Shown here: piece after piece, positions 12,466 to 23,865 of the stretch
Layout of the letters: every line of letters starts with the position of its first letter
Numbering within the stretch: the first letter of the stretch is position 1
Assembly (NCBI GenBank): GCA_035221665.1
Contig: CM069162.1
Coordinates: 23,374,001 to 23,438,000 of the forward strand
Source of the DNA: Okamejei kenojei
Taxonomy: Eukaryota
DNA: 64,000 nucleotides
Direction: 5' to 3'
Position numbers and translations under genes: made by a program
Notes under the pieces: generated by a model
Seen by the model: the letters and a program-made list of their open reading frames with translations, nothing else
Told to the model about the DNA's origin: nothing
The model's database searches: none

Positions 12466-12572
12466 TGCAAAGGATGGAGCAGCCTGCGATCAAATATTAT
12501 CAATGAACTATCATTAACATGCACACCTGTGTTTGTGTGGGAACGAGTGTCTGTGTGAATGGGAATGCATTT

Positions 12573-12645
12573 GTTTCCATGATCATGTGTCACTGTGCGT
12601 GTGTGTGTTTCCATGATCATGTGTCACTGTGCGTGTGTGTGTTTA
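12573..12645. repeat. Tandem duplication of a ~34-bp unit
   Basis: gtttccatgatcatgtgtcactgtgcgtgtgtgt occurs twice head to tail. Confidence 0.85.
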
Positions 12646-13419
12646 CATGTTGACGGTCTGCTCTCTCAAGCCAAATTTAATCTATCATGACTGATTGGCG
12701 AAACTTTGACATTAGCCGGTGATGTAACATTGGTGGTGGCAATTTGTCAGCCCACGTCTTTGGAAATACACATTGAAAGCGATGTAAATAATAGTAAGAT
12801 TAGTCTATTTAGTTTAGTTTATTATTATAGAGTGAAAAGTCTTTCTCTTGCATGCTTGGGTCATGAGATGGGTGATAGGAGTTACCCTGACGACCAGCAT
12901 TTATTGCCAATCCCTCCTTGTCAATGGGCAGATTGAGGTGAGCATACTCTCCAGAGCTGGTTCAGTACCTTCTGATCAAGTTGCTACAGTTGTGTTGTGG
13001 AGGGAGTTCCCGGATTTACACCCAGTGAGGATGATGGTCCGGCAAATGTATTTCCAAATCGCGATGATGTACGACTTTGGGTGGCTGCAGTAATGTTGGC
13101 AATCTCCACCCTTTCCCTGTGGCATCTCAGGTGGGACTGAAGCCCAGACTGAAAGTGAGAGGGGTTCCTTCACCCACAGCTTCATGGATTGCAACAGTCT
13201 GCAGCTCTAGGCATGTTACTAACATGGCACTAAAGTCATCACGGTGAATCTCAGGGCTGCAGTTGTTCATTAAAGCAGATAGGACACACTGAGCTTGTGT
13301 AAAGTGGGCTGTGCCAGTCATTAACAATAACACTGAGGGTTACAGATGTACAGAGTACAGAACCTGCCCCCTTTGGCCCACTGAGTCGATGCCACCAAAC
13401 ACCTGGATCCCATTTAGAG

Positions 13420-13925
13420 TCACACAGCTGGGCCACAGGCCTTTCAGACTAGCCTGTCCATGCCAACCAAGCTACAACCAAATGAGTCCCATTTGCCTGC
13501 ATTTGGCCAGAGTCCTGTCAACTGTTGCCATCCCTGTATCCAAATATCATTTACATGTTATTATTCTACCTGCCTCAACTACCTTCCCTGGCAGCTCGTT
13601 CCCAATACACACGACCCTCTGTGTGAAACAATTACCCCTCAGGTTCCCATTGAATGTTTCTCCTCTCACCCTAAACCTATGTTGTCATGTTCTGACTCCC
13701 CTTGTTCCGATTCTTCTCACATTCTCATTAATTTCCCAGGTTCAACCACTCACCCACTTGGGGTGATTTACAGTGGCTTTTAACCTGCCAGCCCAGCGGT
13801 CTTTGGGAATGTGGGAGGACACCAGAGTACTTGGGAGAAACTCACACGGTCGCAGGGAAAACAAGCAACCTCCACACAGACAGCATCCGAGGTCAGGATT
13901 GAACCTGTGTCGCTGGGGCTGTGAG
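13420..13925 (-). mobile_element. Degraded CR1 3' end followed by degraded SINE
   Basis: Similar to the copies at 11920-12190 and 19833-20117. Confidence 0.6.
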
Positions 13926-14632
13926 CAGGCAGACCCATTGGCATGGCTGATCCTTGAAACCTTCTGAAGATCCCATTCAATGGAACTAAGTCCAATGCTT
14001 GACTTCCCATGGCCCACCGGAGGATGAGATGAGCAAAATTAGGATGCGTTTTGGAATGAAGCAGAGGGCAGGAAGATCAGTAAAGAGGAGACTTGGCTAA
14101 CAAAAATTGATTAGATATTTAAAGAACGAGAGTACTTTCAGGGGAAATGGATTGAATTGGACATTGCCAAAGAAACCATTGTAGACAGATACATGAATTG
14201 GAAGGTGTAGGATGGGACTGCAGGTGCTGGTTTATATTGAAGAGAGGCACAAAAATGTTGGGCTAACTCAGCGGGTCAGGCAGCATCTCTGGTGAAAAGG
14301 AACAGGTGACATTTTGGGTTGGAATCCTTCCTCAAACTGAAATAGGAAGAGTCTGGCTATGGGGCAAATGCAGGCAAATGGGACCAGCCCAATATGCCAA
14401 CTTAGTCGGTATGGACAATGTGGGCCGAAGGACTTGTTTCCATGCCATACAGCTTCATGACTTAAGGGGCAGGTATGTATAAAATGGTTGCAAATCCCTT
14501 TCAATGTTGTGTGATCCATTGACTCAATGGGCTTAACTGCAGATAGATCTACTGTTAGATTTGCAGCCACATTTGGGCCTAAGATTAATCCTCAAAATGA
14601 GTCTTTTTGTTTTGTTTTGTCTCTTCCCGCAG

Positions 14633-15581
14633 ATCAAGCAAGTCATGGGATTAAAGGGGCTTTTCCACAGAAATCCAAAGCAGGCTTCGCTGGACAGTCA
14701 TGTTGCTGTAATGCTCACCCGCAAACACTCTTTTAGTAGTCACATCCTCCGCCGGACAGCGAGCGCTCCCACCAAAGGGCAGCAGAAGGGCAAGAAGGGC
14801 TTCCCGCACATTGTTCTAGAAACCAAAGACTGCAGCTCGGAGGGAGCAAGTGAGTCTGATGACACCTCGCAGCCCCGCTTCGAGCAGGAGGCAGATGGCG
14901 CGGAGGCAGCTCCAGAAGGTGGTGACAGGGCCGGCCCCCATAGGGAGGTGCCGACGGAGGCCGTCAAAGGTAAGGGGTCAGGCCGGGGGTCGGGGGAAGG
15001 TCAGAAGCAACGTGTGACTAATGTGCCAGCGGGTGTGGTGTTTAGCGAGCCCTTAAGGCGGGCAGACCGAGTGCGCATTGTGGAGCCCGAGGAGCAGAGG
15101 CAAGGAGTGTTCACCAGGTGTGCCATAAATGGCTGCGGTAGGATTGGCGTGGCCACCAGTTGCATGAAATGCGTCATTGGTTCTCGGGAGAGCCCTGACC
15201 TAGAACGCAAGTGGAGAGATCACCTGCACAAGCCGGCCTCCCTGGCAGTGTCCAAGCGGGTACGTCAGTGTGCCTCCTCTGAGGGCGAGTGGCTGATTTC
15301 CTCTGGGCAGGCCGTCCAGTGCCAACCCCAGCAGAGGTGGCGACGCCAGATTGCTCGCAGCGTCGGCTGCAGCGGCGGAGAAGTCCAGCGGTCGAAGGTC
15401 ACCACCAAGGGCTGTGACTCGCCCGGGTCTGCGAGCCTGGAGGGTGTGGGTGGTCTGGAGCACTCTGACCACTTGGCACGGGACCCAGCGAAGTGTCCAG
15501 GCACCCTGCAACGAGAAATGAACTCTTTGTTTGTACAAAAGATGGAGGAAATCCGAAGCAAGTCTCCAATCTTTTCCACGG
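14633..15581 (+). CDS. PLCH2: Phospholipase C eta 2, large post-C2 exon with alternative 5' splice sites (short form ends 14969, long form ends 15581)
   Basis: Acceptor ttttgtctcttcccgcag|ATCAAG. Translation IKQVMGLKGLFHRNPKQASLDSH...ILRRTASAPTKGQQKGKKGFP matches PLCH2 KQALGLKGLF...SLDSH...ILRRTASAPTKSQK. Later CMKCVIGS and PGTLQREMNSLFVQKMEEIRSKSPIFST match the extended PLCH2 exon. Donors aaag|gtaagg (14970) and acgg|gtaaga (15582) are both phase 1. Confidence 0.95.
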
Positions 15582-15867
15582 GTAAGACCTGAATGGACCA
15601 TTTTGTTGACCTGTCTTTTGCTTTGTAGATCAACTTGTTCCTCTGGCTAGCAACTCCTTGCCCAGCCAAAGCCTGAACCCTCTGCCCAACACTGAACACC
15701 TTGCCTAGTGTAGATCCGCCATCTCCTTCACTTTGAGAAAATTGTCACATGGGACTCCATTTTAGGAGTCTCTATGTTTGCTCTCTAGTTTCTCATTCCC
15801 TGCCCACCTAATGTTTCAAAGCTCATTTCTTTCTCCCTTTAAGATGTCTAAATGGTTCAAATGCATG

Positions 15868-16240
15868 AGTTCAGAAGGATGAGGGAGGATCTCATTGAAA
15901 CTTACCAAATAGTGAAAGGCCTGGAGAGAGTGGATGTGGAGAGGATGTTTCTACCAGTGGGAGAGTCAAGGACCAGAGGGCGTAGCATCACAATAACAGG
16001 ACGCACCTTTAGAAAGGAGATGAGGAGGAAGTTCTTTAGTCAGAAGGTGGTGAATCTGTGGAATTCAGCTGTGGAGGCCAAGTCACTGGGGATTGATAGG
16101 GTCTTGATTAGTATGGGGCTCAAAGATTATGGGGAGAAGGCAGGATAATAGGTTGAGGAGGAAAGATAGATCAGCCATGATTGATTGATGAAGAAGACTA
16201 GATGGGCCAAATGGCCTTGATTCTGCTCCTATGACTTATG
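15868..16240 (+). mobile_element. CR1 LINE 3' fragment
   Basis: EFRRMREDLIETYQIVKGLERVDVERMF...GESRTRG...FFSQKVVNLWNS, with ctatgacttatg tail. Confidence 0.92.
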
Positions 16241-16299
16241 AAATGCCTCACCTGCAGTTGGGTTTGAGGGCTTAACGTACCTCACGGTTTGAGTGAGTG

Positions 16300-16662
16300 C
16301 CAAAACCAACTAATCAAAATAGTGAGATTGATGTCGTGACTATGATGGCAAACCAACTATCCAACGGGGATATCCCCAGTAGTGATGGCATAACCAACCA
16401 ATCCCAACTAATCAACCAATCCCAACTAGTAATGACAAACCAACCACTGCCAACTATTGATGGCAAACCAACCAATCCCAACTAGTGAATGAAACCAATC
16501 AACCAAACCAATCCCAACTCCCAACTAGTATCGGCAAACTAACCATTACCAACTAGCAATGAAATGCCTAACACCACCAACTAATGGCAAACCAATCATT
16601 GCCAACTAGCAATGTCAAACCAACCACCCCCAACTAGTAATGACAAACCAACCAATCCCAAC
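16300..16662. repeat. Degenerate AC-rich minisatellite (aaccaatcccaactag core)
   Basis: Repeated ...gcaaaccaaccaatcccaactagt... units of roughly 18-30 bp. Confidence 0.75.
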
Positions 16663-17604
16663 AGACTAAATACAAAAGAAGGAAGTATTTACATTTTAAG
16701 GCCGGGTTTCATACTTCAGTTTCCCAGTGCTCGCCCACTGTTATGCACAGATCATTAATGGGTCAATCTCCACATCCAACTGTGAGAGGAGGGGATGGTG
16801 TAGAGCGGGGGATTCTAATTCTTAGGCCACATTGTTCTGTATCCCCTCACCCCCTGCAAAGCCTTCCTCTGTCAGTGTGGGACAGAGACCCTCGGACTAG
16901 AGGAACGAGAGTAGCTGCAAGTGCTGGCCTGAGGGGAGGGGTGACCACAGTGGTCACCCCTCCCCTCAGGGCACAGCCTCGCCCTGCCCCCTTGCACGCT
17001 CCAGAGACACATCTACTCCATCTGACCCACAGGAAGTCTCAGCTTGGCGCCCTCTGCACACAATGTGCCTGTAACTGGCATCCTCCAGCAGGACACGGCT
17101 TGGCCAGTCTCTGTCAGCCAAGCACAAATACACAAGCAGTTCACCATCATGTCACAGCTTTATCATGTAACTAGCCCGGCACTTTCGAAGGAGACGACCA
17201 CCAGCCATAAGCCGACCTCTGCAGAGTTAAAATTACGTTTAACACCTGCAACTTACCCAAGGTGGGTAAATCGAAACAAAATAGGGGAAGCTTTAATATG
17301 GCTCTGAAATGGGGTAACCAGGTAGTGCAGACGGAGGTGAGGTTTGAAGCTGCAGCCAGGTCAGGTGGGATGTAGCAGCAAGGTAGAGCTGGATGCCAGC
17401 AATTTCCCAGCCAACAGGTTGAGCTATAGATGCCTTTACCGTCCCACCTGCCACCAAGGGAAGGACACGTGGCAATCTGATCTGTCAGCGACTGCCTCCT
17501 TAGTTTAGCATGTGACATGTCTGCCTTCCCCTGTGTCTCTCCTCTCTCTTCTCTCTCGCTGAGTTTAACTGTTTGCAATGTTCTGCCCTTGCTGCCAAAC
17601 GCAG

Positions 17605-17634
17605 TGGACAACTGATCTGGAGAGCAAGACCAAG
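17605..17634 (+). CDS. PLCH2: PLCH2 30-nt alternative exon carrying a stop codon (gives C-terminus ...FSTVDN*)
   Basis: Long pyrimidine tract 17521-17560, branch-like tttaac, acceptor aaacgcag|tggacaactga, donor caag|gtaaac. A phase-1 join reads G|TG GAC AAC TGA = V D N stop (TGA 17613-17615), resembling the short mammalian PLCH2 isoform ending ...MFSAVRN (recalled). Confidence 0.75.
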
Positions 17635-17961
17635 GTAAACATCCGTTCCCCTCGGACCTCCGCCACCCCGCCCCCAACATCCCGCAGGGAATGCCCTGCT
17701 TCATTGAACCTGTTGCCCGAATGGCTTCCACACAAGGAGTTATGCAAAGATGTCCCAGCCCCGGGCCAATTCAGGGGGAGGGCTGAAAGCGAGAGCACCA
17801 CACACACACACATCTTGCTGTGGATTTGTGATACTTGCTGATGAGGAGAGGGACCCCTCCTGGGTACGGCCTGGTAAATAATAATAATATAACGGAATCA
17901 AAAAGATGTGCCCAGCAAGGGTATAAATACTAATAATAAATACCAGGGCCCCTGGAGTCTT

Positions 17962-18242
17962 ATGCCCCTGTCCCACTTAGGAAACCTGAACAGAAACCTC
18001 TGGAGACTTTGCGCCCCACCCAAGGTTTCCGTGCGGTGCCCGGAGGTTTTTGTCCTCCGGCAACCACCTTCAACTAGCATCGCAACCGGCTTCGACTAAA
18101 AAATTACCAATTTTTAAAACGGAAACCACTTTCGACCGTTAGGGAGACTGACAAAAACCTCCGGGAACCGCACGGAGACCTTGGGTGGGGCGCAAAGTCT
18201 CCAGAGGATTCCGTTCAGGTTTCCTAAGTGGGACAGGGGCAT
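17962..18242. mobile_element. MITE with ~90-bp terminal inverted repeats (Harbinger-like termini)
   Basis: atgcccctgtcccacttaggaaacctgaac...cccggaggtttttgtc is mirrored by gacaaaaacctccggg...gttcaggtttcctaagtgggacaggggcat. A second noisy copy lies at 40310-40607. Confidence 0.85.
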
Positions 18243-18274
18243 GTTACTCTATTTAGTTGGCTGCACTCTGATTT

Positions 18275-18955
18275 GTGTGGGGGGGGATGGGGGGGAACGT
18301 TCTGTGTGGGGGGGACCGTTCCGTGTGTGGGGGGACCGTTCCGTGTGGGGGGGACCGTTCTGTGTGGGGGGACCGTTCCTGTGTGGGGGGGGTGGGGGGA
18401 CCGTTCCTGTGTGGGGGGACCGTTCTGTGTGGGGGGGACCGTTCTGTGTGGGGGGGGGTTCTGTGTGGGGGGGACCGTTCTGTGTGGGGGGACCGTTCTG
18501 TGTGGGGGGGACCGTTCGTTCTTGTGGGGGGGACTTCTGGTGTGTGTGGGGGGACGTTCTGTGTGGGGGGGGACCGTTCTGTGTGGGGGACGTTCTGTGT
18601 GGGGAGGGACCGTTTAACTGTGTGGGGGGGACCGTTCTGTTGTGTGTGTGGGGGGGTACCGTTCTGTGTGGGGGGGACCGTTCTGTGTGGGGGGGACGTT
18701 CTGTGTGGGGGGTCTGTGTGGTGGGGGAATTGTTCTGTGTGGGGGGGTTCTGTGTGGGGGGGGGGTGGGGGGACGTTCACGTTCTGTGTGGGGGGTAATG
18801 TACCATTCTGTGTGGGGGGGACGTTCTGTGTGGGGGGGGTGGGGGGTCCGTTCTGTGTGGGGGGGACGTTCTGTGTGGGGGGGACCGTTCTGTGTGGGGG
18901 GACCGTTCTGTGTGGGGGGGGGACGTTCTGTGTGGGGGGGGGGTACCATTCTCTG
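18275..18955. repeat. G-rich minisatellite, ~19-20 bp unit (accgttctgtgtgggggggg)
   Basis: About 30 tandem copies with variable G-run length. Confidence 0.95.
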
Positions 18956-19524
18956 TGGGATTTCTCTGTTGTTTCAAACAGAATCACCACAGTAAAGAGC
19001 ACTCTGTCAGGTGTAAAGTTCTTTGAAGCATCTTGAGATTGTGGAAAACACGACCAAAAGAAGCTTGGTCGGAGGAGCAGATGCAGGACTGTCAAAATCT
19101 CAGTTGCAGCCTTGATACCCCACCACGCATCGGAGGAGCAGAATTCTGACGATCCACACCCTCGCAGTGCCTAGCTTTCCCCTTCCCTTGTCCTAAAGGA
19201 CTGACCGCCTTTTCTCAACTACAATGCCCCCTCATTCTGAACTGAACTGCACAGCCAGGATTAACAGCATCCGCAATAAAGCCCCGTGAACGTCTCGTTC
19301 CTCAAAACTCCGCTGTTACCGGGAAAAAGCAAAATATTGCACATGCTGCAAATCTGACTCAAAGCAGCAAAAATAAGACGAGGCAGGATCTGTGGAGAGA
19401 CGTGGATGACTTCTGATCCATGTTGTTTGGTGCCAAATGGTAACCCTGTCTCGCCTCACCTGCTGAGTTTATCCAGCATTCCCTTTTATTCCGGAAGCTC
19501 ATGCCCAACCTGCTCCACCCACCC

Positions 19525-19662
19525 GTCAGTCTGAAGAAGGCTCTCGGCCCGAAACGTCGCCCATTCCTTCTCTCCAGAGATGCTGCCCGTCCCGCTGAGT
19601 TACTCCAGCTTTTTGTGTCTGTCTTCGGTTTAAACCAGCATCTGCTAGTTCCTTCCTACACC
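19525..19662 (+). mobile_element. Penelope-like terminal repeat with hammerhead-like motif (19531-19558)
   Basis: ctgaagaaggctctcggcccgaaacgtc...ccagagatgctgcccgtcccgctgagttactccagc. Confidence 0.75.
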
Positions 19663-19832
19663 GCCCGTCCTTAACCTTCCCATTCATTCCAGGATGCAAG
19701 AGCTTCAATCGGTGCTGTGAGTCCAACTGTGGCCTGCTCTCCAGTAAGCCTCTGACCCCATCTACCATTGTGTCCGTCCTCAGCACACCCACCAGGAGTG
19801 CCGGGGAAAGCTTGCATCAAGATCTGTGATGA

Positions 19833-20117
19833 TTTAGTTTGGAGATACAGTGCCGAAACAGGCCCTTTTGCCCACCGAGTGGTCCAGCAATCCCCCCCAC
19901 ACTAACCCTATCCTACACACTAGGGACAATTTACATTTTATGCCAAGCCAATTAACCCATAAACCTGTACGACTTTGGAGTGTGAGAGAAAACCGAAGAT
20001 CTCTGAGAAAATCAATGCGTTCACGGGGAGAACGTACAAACTCCGTACAGACTAGCACCCGTGGTCAGGATCGAACCCGGGTCTCTGGCGCTCTGAGGCA
20101 GCAACTCTACCGCTGGG
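19833..20117 (-). mobile_element. tRNA-derived SINE (HE1/V-SINE-like)
   Basis: Reverse complement of the 10829 copy, B-box ggatcgaacccggg. Confidence 0.85.
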
Positions 20118-21474
20118 CCTGATCTATGAAGGAACTTGGATTCACAGAAGGCAGCCATTCAGCCCATCGAATCGATGCAGTGCAAACCCACCAGTCCTAT
20201 TCCCTGCCCTATCCTTTGGGCCCACAAACTATCCCCCCTCTCAGTGCCTATCCCATTTCCTTTCAGACAATGGAGCCAGAATTGTAAACATATTTACGTT
20301 TACAAAAGAATTTCAGACCTCGTCGGGTAGATGCAGTAAAGAATGGCTTGCCTTCGCATTTTTCCTGCCCCAAACTCAGCAAGGCCCAAAGTGATCCACA
20401 GCCGTATCTGTGTCGGAGTGTGACTGTGGGAGCTCTCAGCAGCCACGGTGAGCAGAGAACGTTCCCAAGAGTAGCATCTTGGGAAGCTCCCAAAAGTTCC
20501 CAAGAGTTAGTGACAGACCTGTGTCGACGTATCTTGTCTCTGTAATACAGTCTCATTGCAAGGTGTGTTATATTCAGGCCCTCTGCCTGCACAGCCCTTT
20601 GTCTGACAACTGACAACCCTTTGTCTGAGCCTAGGATCGGGTGCTGTTCGATGTGTTTGTCGTGTTCAGTGCTGTCCGGGTTGTCCGTGATCCAGTAATT
20701 ATGATGTTATTTTCAGGGTGGAGTGGCTTCCCGCAGTCGTTAGCGACAGCCTCCTCTCAAACCATCTGTACCTCTGCAGTTAGGCCCCAGGATCAGGTTA
20801 CCAGTACAGGCACGATGGACAGAATGGACTCCCTACTTTATTGCAAGATTCTATGACTGGGACATCTTTGCTAAAACTCAGTTCTACTTTTATTCCAACA
20901 AATGCATCTGATTTGAAACATTGGATTTTATTGTGGGTGACATCTTTAATGAAGCATTTCAATTGGACTGCATGTTCCAAGTTTCTGTGTGTGCTTATTG
21001 ACATTTCCCCAATCACAACAACATCGTTACTCAGTGAATCAAGGAGTCAAAGGGATCCTCTGGGTATCACAGAATTGCAGATGCTTTATAGAGGCCAGAT
21101 CTTTGTTGCTGTTGATGAGAGTCTCTGTGTAGTGAACGCTGCAGTAATGTGAAGCAGTTACACAGACCACAGACCATCAGTAGCCACGTCCCAGGCTCAA
21201 CCCAATAGTGTTGGATCAGGTAGATAAAGAGAGATACAACATTGCCTCTGTGGTGCTCAACGGCACCATTATGTTTAATGGGGGAGAACGTGTTGCGTTT
21301 GTTTGTGTATGGTCGCATATGTGCACAAGTGTGTGTGTTTGTGTCTGCGTTCCCATTTACTGTTGAGCTGTAGTGCAGTGCATCTTGTTAAAATTCAAAC
21401 GTTTGGGATGCTGTTTTAGTGCATTGCGATGCCTTCACTCCACTAGTTGCCAGCTTGGCCCTGGGGTGATCATC

Positions 21475-21800
21475 GAGCCTTACAGTGTGGAAACAGGACC
21501 CTCAGCCCAACTTGCCCACGCTGGCCAACATGTCCCATCTACGCTCGTCCCACCTCCCCGCTTTTGGCCCACATCTCTCTAAACCTGTCGTATCCATGTA
21601 CCTATCTCAATGTTTCTTAAACGTTCCGATAGTACCTGCCTCATCCACCTCCTCCGGCAGCTCGTTCCATACACCCACCACACTTTGCGTGAAAAGGTTA
21701 ATCCCTCAGATTCCTATTAAATCTTTCCCCCCCCCCCCCCACCTTCAATCTATATCCTCTGGTTCTCGACTCCCCTACTCTGGGCAAGAGCCTGTGCATC
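21475..21800 (-). mobile_element. CR1-type LINE 3' fragment
   Basis: Same subfamily as 11920-12190. Confidence 0.8.
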
Positions 21801-22857
21801 TAAGCTGAGTGTTCTGAGCTAAAGCACTGCTGTACTGTGCAGTAGACTGAGCCTCCTCCAGATAGATCCAACCATATTATGCGCATACACCAGTGATCAC
21901 CGTGATCCTCATTGAAGGTGAGGGTCTGATTTATCCACGTGTCCAGAATAGCCAAGCCCAGCCAACATCCACAGTTGTGTAGGAACTTCATGAAATCCTC
22001 AGCAATAAAGGTTAAAACAATGATACAAAGAACATGCACACAAAACACACAGCCTTCCATCGATTCTATCTGAATCATCCCAAGGCAAACTTCAAGATTA
22101 TTTCTTCACAACAAGGTCATGCGTGGGGGACATAGTTCTACATATCAGTCAAAATATTAATGCGCCCCAGTCACATTGAAGATTTAGAATATTTAGCGCA
22201 TGGTGGCATCATCAGTGCCCAGATAGTCATAGAGTCCTACAGCAAGGAAACAGGTCCATCCATACCCTGCCAACCAAGATGCCCCATCTAAGCTGGTCCT
22301 GTTTGCTCGCATTTGGCCCATATCCCTCTAACCCTGTCTTATCCACGTATCTCTCCAAGTGTCTGATAAGGCGGTACAACAGAAATGTTCAGGAGCCCCC
22401 GCGTGTAAGTGTTGGACAAATGAAGTTCCAGCTTCGGGACATCTGATGCAGATACAGCCGCCAAGTCCTATATACATGGCCTTTGTGTTGACCCGAGGCC
22501 AAGCCATTTGCATAACAGTCAATGCAGAATAAGCTTAGGTTAAAGGAGGCTGGGTGTACTGCAGAGCAGCGCAGTGGTTTGGCTCAGATCACTCAGCTTC
22601 CATGCACAGAGGATATCAATTGTTAAACGCATAACAATTGCCACCTGGACTGTTCCGTGCTGGGGTGAATCTTACTGGAAGATGCCCTGGTATATCTTGC
22701 AACAGACTACTTTGATGACCGTGTGCATAGGGCATTGCTAGTACACTCACTATCAGTAAGCCCAAGAGATGAGTACTAAGAACCAGGTTGCAAATCTCCA
22801 GAGTGTACGCTGCCTGCTTCCTACAAGCAACATGTCCCCTTGGTCTCAGTGTTGCTT

Positions 22858-23180
22858 TAGAAACATAGAAACATAGAAAATAGGTGCAGGAGTAGGCCAT
22901 TCGGCCCTTCGAGCCTGCACCGCCATTCAATATGATCATGGCTGATCATCCAACTCAGTATCCTGTACCTGCCTTCTCTCCATACCCCCTGATCCCTTTA
23001 GCCACAAGGGCCACATCTAACTCACTCTTAAATATAGCCAACGAACTGGCGTCAACTACCTTCTGTGGCAGAGAATTCCAGAGACTCACCACTCTCTGTG
23101 TGAAAAGTGTTTTCCTCCTCTCGGTCCTAAAGGAATTCCCCCTTATCCTTACACTGTGACCCCTTGTTCTGGACCTCCCC
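22858..23180 (-). mobile_element. CR1 LINE 3' fragment with (catagaaa)n tail
   Basis: tagaaacatagaaacatagaaaataggtgcaggagtaggccattcggccc...agaattccagagactcaccactctctgtgtg. Confidence 0.9.
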
Positions 23181-23624
23181 AGCTTTTAAATAGCTGCTGG
23201 ATTTGTCCATTAATCGCTCATTTTATACACTGCAAAATGTTGGAGTTCTAATGAGTTCCTTTGCTGGCCTGATAATTCTTCAGAATAACCAATCAATGCC
23301 ACTGGCCTAGTGAAAGTTGCGACCGCTTATGTAATTCTGCATTTCCTTTCCATTTTCCTCAGAATCCAAGCTTCCCTTTCTTTCCCGTTTCAATTCATTC
23401 GGGATACCTGGCTAGAATTTAATCACCCTCCCTTTCCATCGTTCCGTTTTCCTTCTCGGTTCCGAGCTCACATTGGCCAACATTGGGGTCCTCATCCACT
23501 GAGATCCCATTTGCCCAGTTTCCATTGTGATCAGGCCGGGCATCATCTTGTCACGGCCCTGAGCAAGTTCAGGAGAAAGCTTCAACGAACGGCGCACACC
23601 GTGACCTTCCCGATCGCAACACGG

Positions 23625-23865
23625 TGTGCTGTGCTGCATTGCACCGTTGCTTGCTGCATTATACCATTGTCTGCTACATTGCACCGTTGCTTGCTGAATT
23701 ATACCATTGTCTGCTGCATTGCACCATTGCTTGTTGAATTGCACCATTGTTTGCTCCATTGCACCATTCTTGCTGCATTATACCATTGCTTACTGCATTG
23801 CACCAAGCTGTGTTGCACAGCACCATGCGTGCTGCATTGTTCCATGCTGTGCTGCATGGCACTGC
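23625..23865. repeat. ~21-bp tandem repeat (gctgcattgcaccattgcttt-like)
   Basis: About 10 degenerate copies. Confidence 0.85.

Noticed and set aside
14561-14632. N-terminal part of the 343-aa ORF as a gene start
   Set aside because: It is the intron's pyrimidine tract. Homology starts at the acceptor (14633).
18275-18955. CRISPR-like periodicity
   Set aside because: Units are tandem with no unique spacers, the context is eukaryotic and there are no cas genes.
18181-19095. Several long Gly/Val/Cys- or Pro/Thr/His-rich ORFs
   Set aside because: Products of the stop-free G-rich minisatellite in all frames.
20717-20856. Possible extra PLCH2 exon (tttcag|ggtgg... or ctgcag|ttagg...)
   Set aside because: The acceptors are plausible but there is no good donor or recognisable homology. 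The 17605 exon fits the known short isoform better.
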